Shown here: positions 18,347 through 26,632 of the stretch, in pieces
Layout of the letters: each line of letters begins with the position of its first letter
How positions within the stretch are numbered: position 1 is the first letter of the stretch
Source: an uncultured Candidatus Saccharibacteria bacterium
Lineage (GTDB): Bacteria; Patescibacteriota; Minisyncoccia; UBA6257
Direction: 5' to 3'
DNA: 39,167 nt
Assembly: GCA_964513365.1 (NCBI GenBank)
Contig: CAZEMH010000003.1
Span: forward strand, 1-39,167
Position numbers and translations under genes: made by a program
Notes under the pieces: model-generated
The model's input: only the letters and a program-made list of their open reading frames with translations
Database searches by the model: none
Told to the model about the DNA's origin: nothing

Positions 18347-21300
18347 TTATTCTCTAAACCCTGTACCTGCAGGAATTAATCTACCAATGATAACATTTTC
18401 TTTAAGGCCTCTTAGATAATCTTTTTTACCTTCAATAGCTGCCCTAATTAAAACTCTAGATGTTTCCTGAAAAGACGCTGCTGAAAGTAAACTATCAGAA
18501 TTTAAAGCAACATTTTTAATACCCATCAGTATTTCTTTTCCTTTAGGTACTTCTTTTTTTAATTTTTTTAATCTGTTAACCTCTTCCTGAAAAGTTCTTT
18601 TAGACACAACTTCACCAGGAATAAACTCACTATCACCACTATGTGTAATCTTCAATTGAGAAAACATTTGTTTAATAATTATCTCAAAATGTTTGTCATT
18701 AATATTTTCACCAGCAATATCATACACTTTTTTAATCTCTGTTAATATATATTTTTGACAAGCATCTCTGCCTAAAACCTTAAAGAGCTTCTTAATATCA
18801 ATATGTCCTTCACAAAGCTGGGCTCCTTTTTTAATCTTTTCTCCATTTTTTACCCATAAAGTTATTCCTTCGGGAATAACATATTCAAGAACACGAGATT
18901 TTTTCTCATTTGGTTTTATTCTAATAAATGTTTGATGTTTTATCTTTTTTATTTCTATTATTTCTCCATCAACTTCACTAATTGGCGCTTCACCTTTTGG
19001 TATCCTTGCCTCAAAAATTTCTTCTACTCTTGGTAAACCTTGTGTAATATCAACAGCACGAGCCACACCTCCTGTATGAAATGTCCTTAAAGTTAACTGG
19101 GTACCTGGCTCTCCTATAGACTGAGCAGCAACAACACCAACTGCTTCCCCTAAATCAATGAGTTTTTTCCATGCCAAATCAAGCCCATAACATTTCTGGC
19201 AAACACCATCTAGGCTTTCACAAGTGATTGGAGAACGAATTAATATTTCTTCAACTGATGAATTTACTATCTTTTTAACTAATTTTTCGTCAATCAATTC
19301 TCCTGTTTTAGCAATAATTTTACCTTTTTTATCAACAGCATTAGATCTTAAAATTCTTCCAAAAATTATTCTTGATAAATCTTTATTCTCCTTCTCTACA
19401 TTCTTTCTGTTAACAATTAATCCTTTTTTTGTACCACAGTCTTTTTCCCTAACAAGAACATCTTGAGCTACATCTACTAATCTCCTAGTAAGATATCCTG
19501 CAAAAGAAGTCTTTAAAGCAGTATCTGCCAATCCTTTTCTTCCGCCATGAGAAGCAGCAAAGTATTCCAAAACATTAAACCCTTCTTGGTGAGAAGATAA
19601 GATAGGCATTTCAATCAAGCGACCAAGAGGACTAACTACGAGTCCTTTTATTCCCATAATTTGTGCGGCAACTGCCCAATTTCCTTTTGCTCCAGAATTG
19701 AAAAATATATGTACAGAATCATCAGGATTTAAAACCTTTAAAACTAATTCTGATATTTTATCAACTGCATAACGCCATTGAGTTTCTGTCAAAACATTCT
19801 TTTCCTCTCTAGTTAAAAGCCCCTGTTCATATTGAGTTGTAATCTCTTCAACTTTTTTAGAAGTTTCAGCTAAAATTTCTTTTTTCTCTTTAGGAACTCT
19901 TAAATCAGTAAGGCCCCATGACATTCCTGATAAAGTAGAATAATAAAAACCTAATTTTTTTATATTATCCAAAACTTCAGCGCTCTTGTTAAAATCTTTA
20001 TATAAATGAATTATATCTTTTGTAATACTTTTTATATCCTTACTTGTTACAATTTTGTTTATAAATGGAAACTTATCTGGCAAAACATCATTAAAGATAA
20101 TTCTTCCTACAGTAGTGCTAATCAATTGATTCTTTTCTTTTGAAATACGGACTTTAATCTTCTCTTGAATCTTAATTTTTTTATATTCATAAGCCAATAA
20201 CGCATCATTTGAATCAGAAAAGATCTTTTCTTTTCTTTCTTTACTTTCTTTCTCAGGCATATCCATTGTTAGCCAATAAATACCAGCCACCATTTCATGA
20301 CGGGGCAACATGGCTGGTTCTCCATTAGACGGCTTTAATAATCCTAATGTGGACAACATTCTATTCTCACTCTCTCTCTGAGCTTCCTCAGATAAAGGAA
20401 CATGAACCGCCATCTGATCTCCATCAAAATCAGCATTAAAAGGAGGGCAAACCATTGCAGGGATTTGAATAGCCAATCCTTCAATTAATTTTGGACGAAA
20501 AGCCTCAATACTTAAGCGATGAAGCGTAGGGGCTCTATTAAGAAGAACATACTTAGTTTTTACTATATTTTCCAAAATCTCCCATACAGTATCTGAACCT
20601 TCTTCAATTAAACGATTTGCTGCTCGAGGATTAAAAACAATTTCTCTTCTTATCAATTCTCCAGCTACAAAAGGTTTAAATAATTCTAAAGCCATTTTCT
20701 TTGGCAGACCACATTCATGAATTTTTAATTCAGGACCAATAACAATTACTGAACGGCCTGAATAATCCACTCTTTTTCCCAAAAGATTCTGACGAAAACG
20801 ACCTTGTTTTCCTTGTAAAATATCAGCTAAAGAACGTAAAGGACGATGTTGCGCTGAATGCATCGGAGTAGTGCCAGAACCTTTTCTTATTGAATTATCA
20901 ATTAAAGCATCTACTGCTTCCTGCAGCATTCTTTTTTCATTTTTAATAATCACTTCTGGCGCCTTTAATTCTAATAATTTTTTCAGACGATTATTGCGAT
21001 TAATAACTCGACGGTAAAGATCATTTAAATCAGATGTGGCAAATTTTCCTCCATCTAATTGAACCATTGGTCGTAAATCTGGAGGAAGAACAGGAAGAAC
21101 AGTTAAAAACATCCATTCTGGACGTATTTTTGATTTTAAAAATCCTTTTGCTAGTTTTAAGCGACTAAGAGTTTTTTTATCAGCTAATTTTGTAGATGGT
21201 TTTTTTCCAATTTCCTCTTCTAATTTATGGACTAATTTTTTGAGATCTATCTGCTCCAAGAATTTTCTTACTGGTTCACTTCCTGTTTCTGCTGTAAAAA

Positions 21301-21949
21301 CTTCTCCGTATTTTTTTGAAAGATTTAAATAATCAATCTCAGAAAAAATAGCTTTTGGTTTTATTGTCTCTAAGAGTGATCGCGCCCCATTACGAGACAC
21401 TGTTAACTCTTTCTTTTTGTCTTTAGGCCATGTTTTTAATTTTGATTCATATTCAGTGTCTATTTCATCTAAAGCTCTTTTTTTCGCAGCCTCATCCACA
21501 GAAGTAACAATATAACTGTTGTAATAAATAACTCTCTCTAAAGCGAGCATTGGAACATCAAGCATTAAAGAAATTCTAGAAGGAATACTGCGTAAAAACC
21601 AAATATGGACTACTGGGGTTGCTAATTTAATATGGCCCATTCTTTCTCTGCGAACAAAAGAACGAGTCACTTCCACTCCGCAGCGATCACAAACAATACC
21701 TTTATAATGAGCTCCCTTGTATTTTCCACAAGAACATTCATAATCTTTTACTGGCCCAAAAATCTGTTCAGAAAAAAGACCTTCTTTTTCTGGTTTTTGA
21801 GTACGATAATTTATTGTTTCAGCCTTAGTAATTTCTCCATGCTGCTTATTGCTCTCTATATATGACCAAGATAAAATTTCTTCTGGAGAAGCAATTTTCA
21901 AACCAAGCGCCTCAAAATCATTAATTTTTTTTCCTGGATCTTTTAACAT
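18347..21949 (-). CDS. rpoC: DNA-directed RNA polymerase subunit beta'
   Basis: It has an N-terminal Zn ribbon (CSCGKYKG...CDRCGVEV) and the catalytic motif NADFDGDQMAVHVP. Length is 1200 aa. Confidence 0.97.
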   Translation of the reverse strand: MLKDPGKKINDFEALGLKIASPEEILSWSYIESNKQHGEITKAETINYRTQKPEKEGLFSEQIFGPVKDYECSCGKYKGAHYKGIVCDRCGVEVTRSFVRRERMGHIKLATPVVHIWFLRSIPSRISLMLDVPMLALERVIYYNSYIVTSVDEAAKKRALDEIDTEYESKLKTWPKDKKKELTVSRNGARSLLETIKPKAIFSEIDYLNLSKKYGEVFTAETGSEPVRKFLEQIDLKKLVHKLEEEIGKKPSTKLADKKTLSRLKLAKGFLKSKIRPEWMFLTVLPVLPPDLRPMVQLDGGKFATSDLNDLYRRVINRNNRLKKLLELKAPEVIIKNEKRMLQEAVDALIDNSIRKGSGTTPMHSAQHRPLRSLADILQGKQGRFRQNLLGKRVDYSGRSVIVIGPELKIHECGLPKKMALELFKPFVAGELIRREIVFNPRAANRLIEEGSDTVWEILENIVKTKYVLLNRAPTLHRLSIEAFRPKLIEGLAIQIPAMVCPPFNADFDGDQMAVHVPLSEEAQRESENRMLSTLGLLKPSNGEPAMLPRHEMVAGIYWLTMDMPEKESKERKEKIFSDSNDALLAYEYKKIKIQEKIKVRISKEKNQLISTTVGRIIFNDVLPDKFPFINKIVTSKDIKSITKDIIHLYKDFNKSAEVLDNIKKLGFYYSTLSGMSWGLTDLRVPKEKKEILAETSKKVEEITTQYEQGLLTREEKNVLTETQWRYAVDKISELVLKVLNPDDSVHIFFNSGAKGNWAVAAQIMGIKGLVVSPLGRLIEMPILSSHQEGFNVLEYFAASHGGRKGLADTALKTSFAGYLTRRLVDVAQDVLVREKDCGTKKGLIVNRKNVEKENKDLSRIIFGRILRSNAVDKKGKIIAKTGELIDEKLVKKIVNSSVEEILIRSPITCESLDGVCQKCYGLDLAWKKLIDLGEAVGVVAAQSIGEPGTQLTLRTFHTGGVARAVDITQGLPRVEEIFEARIPKGEAPISEVDGEIIEIKKIKHQTFIRIKPNEKKSRVLEYVIPEGITLWVKNGEKIKKGAQLCEGHIDIKKLFKVLGRDACQKYILTEIKKVYDIAGENINDKHFEIIIKQMFSQLKITHSGDSEFIPGEVVSKRTFQEEVNRLKKLKKEVPKGKEILMGIKNVALNSDSLLSAASFQETSRVLIRAAIEGKKDYLRGLKENVIIGRLIPAGTGFRE

Positions 21950-21984
21950 AAATTATTTAAATATTATAAAAATTTCTAAATAGC

Positions 21985-24900
21985 TTACTCTTGCTTTGTT
22001 TCTTCTTCAGTTTTTGCTCCAATTAAGTTTACTGATAAAGCCAATGATTGTAATTCTTTAAGAATCACATTAAAGGCAGCTGGAATATTAGGATTTTTAA
22101 TTTTCTCTCCTGTAATTATTGCTTCATAAGCTGAGCCTCTTCCAAATACATCATCAGATTTTATTGTTATCATTTCCTGAAGCGCATAAGCAGCACCATA
22201 TCCTTCTAATGCCCAAACCTCCATTTCCCCGAATCTTTGACCTCCAAAATGAGCTCGTCCTCCTAAAGGTTGTTGTGTAATAAGAGAATATGGACCAATT
22301 GCCCTCATATGGACTTTATCTTTTACCATATGTTCTAATTTCATTAAATACATTATTCCTACTGCTACATCTTTTTCAAAGCGCTCACCAGTTTTACCAT
22401 TATACAAAGTCACTTTTCCATCTTCTGGCAACCCGGCTTTAACAAGTTCTTTTTTCACATCTTCTTCAGTAGCCCCATCTAAAGATGGAGTAACTGCTCT
22501 ATATCCTAATTTTCGAGCTGCTAATCCCAAGTGATTTTCAAAAACTTGACCCAGATTCATTCTACTGCCAATTCCTAAAGGATTTAAAACAACATCAACC
22601 GGAGTCCCATCTTCCAGATATGGCATGTTCTCTTCTGGAACTATAACTGAAATAACACCCTTATTCCCGTGGCGTCCTGATAGCTTATCCCCTGCCATTA
22701 CTTTTCTTAATTCTGCTATTTCCACACTTACACTTTTTATAACTCCAATATTTAATTTATCACCCTCTTTACGAGAAAGTGTTTTTATTTTAACAACCCT
22801 ACCCTGTCGAGATGGCTCAAGTTTTAAAGACGTATCTTTTATGTCTTTCATCTGTTCTCCAAAAATAGCCTGTAATAATCTTTCTTCTGGAGTTAACTCC
22901 GCTTTTCCTTTAGGAGAAATCTTTCCAACTAAAATATCTCCGCCCTTTACTTCAGCACCTACCATTATTACTCCATCTTCATCAAGATTTTTTAATTTTT
23001 CTTCAGAAACATTAGGAATGTCACGAGTTGTAACTTCTTGACCTAGTTTAGTTTCTACAACATCGCAAGTAAATTCTTCTAAATATACTGATGTGAAATA
23101 ATCATTTTTTAAAACTCGCTCTGATATAACAACAGCATCTTCGTAATTAGCTCCAAAAAACGGTATGAAAGCAACTAATAAATTTTGCCCTAAAGCTAAA
23201 TTGCCATTTTCTGTAGCTGCTCCGTCTGCTAATAATGTACCCTTTTTTACAATATCTCCTTTTCTTACAACAGCTTTTTGCATTAACCAGCTATTTTTGT
23301 TGCTTCGTCCAAAATTAATTAATTTATAAACTCTTTTTGTATTATCCTTTGTTTTTATACTAATATGATTTGCATCAACTTCAACAACTTTTCCATCAAC
23401 ATCACTAACTAAACACTGGCCTGATTCAAGTGCAATTTTTCCTTCCATTCCAGTACCAACTAATGGAGCTTTTGGTCTTAAGCAAGGAACTGCCTGCCTT
23501 TGCATATTCGCTCCCATCAAAGCTCTGTTGGATTCATCATGCTCTAAAAACGGTATTAGGCTAACAGCAACAGAAATAATTTGCTGGCAGGAAACATCAA
23601 TTAATTCAACCTCGGTATTATGAATTAATGTTGGCTCTCCATTTACCCTTGCTCCAACTAATTCTTCTTTTATTCTTCCATTTTCATCAACATCAACAGT
23701 ACCATGAGCTATTTTATACTTTAATTCATCAAAAGCATTGAACCAAACTATCTCATTCGTAAGCTTAGAATTCTTCACTTTAATATATGGGGTTTCAATA
23801 AAACCAAATTCATTTAATCTGGCATAAAGAGATAAAGAAAGAACCAAACCAATATTCTGGCCTTCAGGTGTTTGAATAGGACACAAACGCCCATAATGGC
23901 TAGTATGAATATCTCTAACTTCTAATCCTGCCCTTTCTCTTACCAAACCTCCTGGTCCCATGCAAGTAATTTTCCTTTTATGCTCTAACTCAGAAAGCAT
24001 ATTCATTTGTTCCATAAACTGACAAAGCTGGGAAACATTGAAAAATTCCCGAAGTACAGCTACTAACTGCCTGGGATTTATTAATTGCGCAGCTGTTAAT
24101 GTTTCTGGGTCTAAAGTCGCCATTCTGTCTTGAATTGTTCTGCGCATACGCATCAATCCAACTCTAAACCTCTCTGCCAAAATTTCTCCAACGGCTTTTA
24201 CTCTTCTATTGCCTAAATGGTCAATATCATCATCAATAGATTCAGTATCATTATTTAATTTAATAATTTCTTTAACAATTGATGTAAGATCATCTAACAT
24301 TAAACTTCTTTCATCAATAGAAGTATTAAGATTAAGCCGTTGATTAAGTTTATACCTCCCAACTCTAGCCAAATCATATCTATCAGATCGGAAAAACATA
24401 TTATTGATTAAATCATAAGCATTATCAAAAGTAGCTAATTCCCCGGGTCGTAAATGGCGATAAATTTCAATATATCCCTCTTCTTCATTGGTAGACAAAT
24501 CTTTTTTTAATGTGTTTTCAATATATTTAACAGGGGATTTTTCCTCTTCTGTTTTAAAGGCTTTTTTAATATCTTCATTTGTTTTTAAACCAAAAATTCT
24601 AAGCAACGCGCTTATTGGCACTTTTCTTTTTCTGTCTATTTTTACGCTAATAACACCATCGCTATCAGTTTCAAATTCTAACCAAGCCCCATGATAAGGA
24701 ATAAGTTTTGCTCCAAATAATCTTTTACCTCTAAAATTTACAGAAGAAAAATACACTCCGGGAGAACGATTGATTTGAGATATAACAACTTTTTCTACAC
24801 CATTGATAATAAAAGTTCCCCGAGGAGTCATAACAGGAACTTCACCAAAATATACCTCCTGCTCTCTTTCAACTCCTGTTTTTTTATTAATTAAACGTAA

Positions 24901-25170
24901 TTTTGCCCGAATAGTAGATTCATAGTTCAGGCCTTTTTCTTTAGCTTTATCTTCTGATATTTTTGGTGGCTCTAAATAATAACTCTCAAACGCTAATTCC
25001 AAATCTTTTCCTGTATAATCTTTTATTGGTAATATCTCTTTAAAAACTTCTCCAATTCCTTTATCTAAAAACCACTGAAAAGAATCAGTTTGAAATTGAG
25101 TTAATTTTGGGGGCTCTAAAATTCCCCGAGAATGCCGGGAAAAATTTTTTATTGTAGATTGATTAGACAT
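21985..25170 (-). CDS. rpoB: DNA-directed RNA polymerase subunit beta
   Basis: Motifs seen are the rifampicin-region-like SQLCQFMEQMNMLSELEHKRKIT, then GRHGNKGVIS and GGQRFGEMEVWALE. Length is 1061 aa. Confidence 0.97.
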   Translation of the reverse strand: MSNQSTIKNFSRHSRGILEPPKLTQFQTDSFQWFLDKGIGEVFKEILPIKDYTGKDLELAFESYYLEPPKISEDKAKEKGLNYESTIRAKLRLINKKTGVEREQEVYFGEVPVMTPRGTFIINGVEKVVISQINRSPGVYFSSVNFRGKRLFGAKLIPYHGAWLEFETDSDGVISVKIDRKRKVPISALLRIFGLKTNEDIKKAFKTEEEKSPVKYIENTLKKDLSTNEEEGYIEIYRHLRPGELATFDNAYDLINNMFFRSDRYDLARVGRYKLNQRLNLNTSIDERSLMLDDLTSIVKEIIKLNNDTESIDDDIDHLGNRRVKAVGEILAERFRVGLMRMRRTIQDRMATLDPETLTAAQLINPRQLVAVLREFFNVSQLCQFMEQMNMLSELEHKRKITCMGPGGLVRERAGLEVRDIHTSHYGRLCPIQTPEGQNIGLVLSLSLYARLNEFGFIETPYIKVKNSKLTNEIVWFNAFDELKYKIAHGTVDVDENGRIKEELVGARVNGEPTLIHNTEVELIDVSCQQIISVAVSLIPFLEHDESNRALMGANMQRQAVPCLRPKAPLVGTGMEGKIALESGQCLVSDVDGKVVEVDANHISIKTKDNTKRVYKLINFGRSNKNSWLMQKAVVRKGDIVKKGTLLADGAATENGNLALGQNLLVAFIPFFGANYEDAVVISERVLKNDYFTSVYLEEFTCDVVETKLGQEVTTRDIPNVSEEKLKNLDEDGVIMVGAEVKGGDILVGKISPKGKAELTPEERLLQAIFGEQMKDIKDTSLKLEPSRQGRVVKIKTLSRKEGDKLNIGVIKSVSVEIAELRKVMAGDKLSGRHGNKGVISVIVPEENMPYLEDGTPVDVVLNPLGIGSRMNLGQVFENHLGLAARKLGYRAVTPSLDGATEEDVKKELVKAGLPEDGKVTLYNGKTGERFEKDVAVGIMYLMKLEHMVKDKVHMRAIGPYSLITQQPLGGRAHFGGQRFGEMEVWALEGYGAAYALQEMITIKSDDVFGRGSAYEAIITGEKIKNPNIPAAFNVILKELQSLALSVNLIGAKTEEETKQE

Positions 25171-25192
25171 CTAATAACAAAAAAGTTCCTAA

Positions 25193-25417
25193 TTATAATA
25201 GGTTATAAAATTTTAGGGCGTGTAAAATAGATTGTGATATTCTTTGTGAAGTAATGCTTTTTTCTTTAAAAAAATCTACATGCCAACTTTTAATACTCGT
25301 AGTCTTTATTCTATTCTTTTTTAAGAATTTGTCAAGTGTTTTAAGTAATTTTTCACTTTTTTCCGCTTGAATGCGATATTTTTGTTTTCCAATAGTAGAA
25401 AAAGAAAGAAAAATCAT
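25193..25417 (-). CDS. Small hypothetical protein (possible miniature TsaB/YeaZ-like remnant)
   Basis: This basic 74-aa ORF overlaps the trmD stop by 4 nt. It resembles TsaB weakly, only at the pattern level (MIFLSFST..., SEKLLKTLDKFLKKNRIK, SITSQRISQSILHAL versus GSFTGLRIG). The coding status is itself uncertain. Confidence 0.4.
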   Translation of the reverse strand: MIFLSFSTIGKQKYRIQAEKSEKLLKTLDKFLKKNRIKTTSIKSWHVDFFKEKSITSQRISQSILHALKFYNLL

Positions 25418-26085
25418 ATTTTTTTTAAATGCTTACTTTTCCATTCTTTAATCTTTTGATGATTTCCTGAAAGTAAAACTTTAGGAACCCTCCATGCTGT
25501 TTTTTTATTCCTTTTATTTGGATAAAATATTTCTGGCCTAGTGTATTGAGGATATTCTCCTTTACCTTTAATATTAAAAGACTCTTCTGATAAAGATTCT
25601 TTTTTAATAACCCCAGGGACAAAACGACTTACAGAATCAACTAAAATCATTGCTGGTAATTCTCCGCCAGTTAAAACATACTCCCCAATCGATATTTCCT
25701 CATCAGCTATATATTTAGCAATTCTTTCATCTGCGCCTTCATAACGCGGACAGATAAGAATCAATTGATCATATTTGGACAAATGCTTAGCTTTTTTTTG
25801 AGTTAATCTATTCCCTTTAGCAGAAAAAAGGATAATGCGACATTTTTTAATTTTCTTCTTTTTTAAATCTTTTACAGCTTTAAAGATGGGCTCTACTTTA
25901 AAAATCATTCCCATGCCCCCACCATAAGGAGAATCATCAATTGTCTGATGACGATCAAGCGTCCATTTTCGTAAATTGTGCGTATAAATTTTTATAAGCT
26001 TTTTCTTTTGAGCTTTTTTTAAAATGGAAGTATTAAAATAAGAATCAAAAATTTCAGGAAAAATTGTAAGAATATCAAAACGCAT
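25414..26085 (-). CDS. trmD: tRNA (guanine37-N1)-methyltransferase
   Basis: Motifs seen are MRFDILTIFPEIF, DDSPYGGGMGM, CPRYEGADERI and VLTGGELPAM. Confidence 0.95.
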   Translation of the reverse strand: MRFDILTIFPEIFDSYFNTSILKKAQKKKLIKIYTHNLRKWTLDRHQTIDDSPYGGGMGMIFKVEPIFKAVKDLKKKKIKKCRIILFSAKGNRLTQKKAKHLSKYDQLILICPRYEGADERIAKYIADEEISIGEYVLTGGELPAMILVDSVSRFVPGVIKKESLSEESFNIKGKGEYPQYTRPEIFYPNKRNKKTAWRVPKVLLSGNHQKIKEWKSKHLKKI

Positions 26086-26112
26086 AGAATATTAAATCAT
26101 TAATAATTAAAA

Positions 26113-26138
26113 ATCGCAGTATTATATAATACCGCGAT
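26113..26138 (-). terminator. Candidate intrinsic terminator or attenuator hairpin after the KH-domain gene
   Basis: ATCGCAGTATTA-TA-TAATACCGCGAT forms an imperfect 12-bp inverted repeat with one mismatch. It is flanked by an A-run on one side and a T-run on the other (aaaaa...ttttgtttttttt). On the minus-strand RNA the stem is followed by UUUUUAAUUAUU. Confidence 0.45.
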
Positions 26139-26172
26139 TTTTGTTTTTTTTCAATCACGCCTCAGCGTAATT

Positions 26173-26514
26173 TTAGAGCTTTAAGTCCTCAACAATATCA
26201 TCTGCAGCTTTATCTGCCTCTTTTGATGGACTAACGTCTTCTCGGTTCACCCTTGAAGAACCTTCAGGTTCCTCAATTTTGAGATTAACTCTAGCTTTAT
26301 TCTTTGCTCCTGCTACTTTTAGAATAGTTCTTAATGCTTTAGCCATTGAACCCTGACGTCCTATAATCTGAGCCATATCATTAGGATCTACCTTTAAAGA
26401 AAGGAGAACGCCCATTTCATCTACTTTTCGCTCTACTTTCACTGCATCAGGATTGCTTGCAATACTTTTAACTATGAATTCGAGCAATTGTTGGTCTACG
26501 TGTGTTTCTGCCAT
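26173..26514 (-). CDS. KH-domain RNA-binding protein (YlqC/UPF0109 family) with an acidic C-terminal tail
   Basis: It matches LLEFIVKSIASNPDAVKVERKVDEMGVLLSLKVDPNDMAQIIGRQGSMAKALRTIL, with the KH GxxG loop seen as GRQG. It sits next to trmD, as in the classical rpsP-KH-rimM-trmD cluster. Confidence 0.85.
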   Translation of the reverse strand: MAETHVDQQLLEFIVKSIASNPDAVKVERKVDEMGVLLSLKVDPNDMAQIIGRQGSMAKALRTILKVAGAKNKARVNLKIEEPEGSSRVNREDVSPSKEADKAADDIVEDLKL

Positions 26515-26591
26515 GATTTCAGAATTAATATTTTCTTAATTTAACAACCGAAGTAGCTATCGACCAGTATATTAGCCACTGAATAATTTCT

Positions 26592-26620
26592 ATTTTAAAA
26601 TACTTAAAAAAGAAAGTCAA
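26592..26620 (-). promoter_or_regulatory. Candidate sigma70-type promoter for the KH-trmD-rpoBC transcription unit
   Basis: On the minus strand: -35 TTGACT (26615-26620), a 17-nt spacer, then -10 TAAAAT (26592-26597). The predicted 5' UTR is about 70 nt. Confidence 0.4.
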
Positions 26621-26632
26621 GTAAATAATTTA

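Noticed and set aside
22625-23041. 138-aa plus-strand ORF (with similar ones at 24488-24694, 19224-19466 and 21632-21865)
   Set aside because: These are antisense shadow ORFs inside rpoB and rpoC. They are Ser/Phe/Ile-rich with no motifs, and the opposite strand encodes highly conserved protein.
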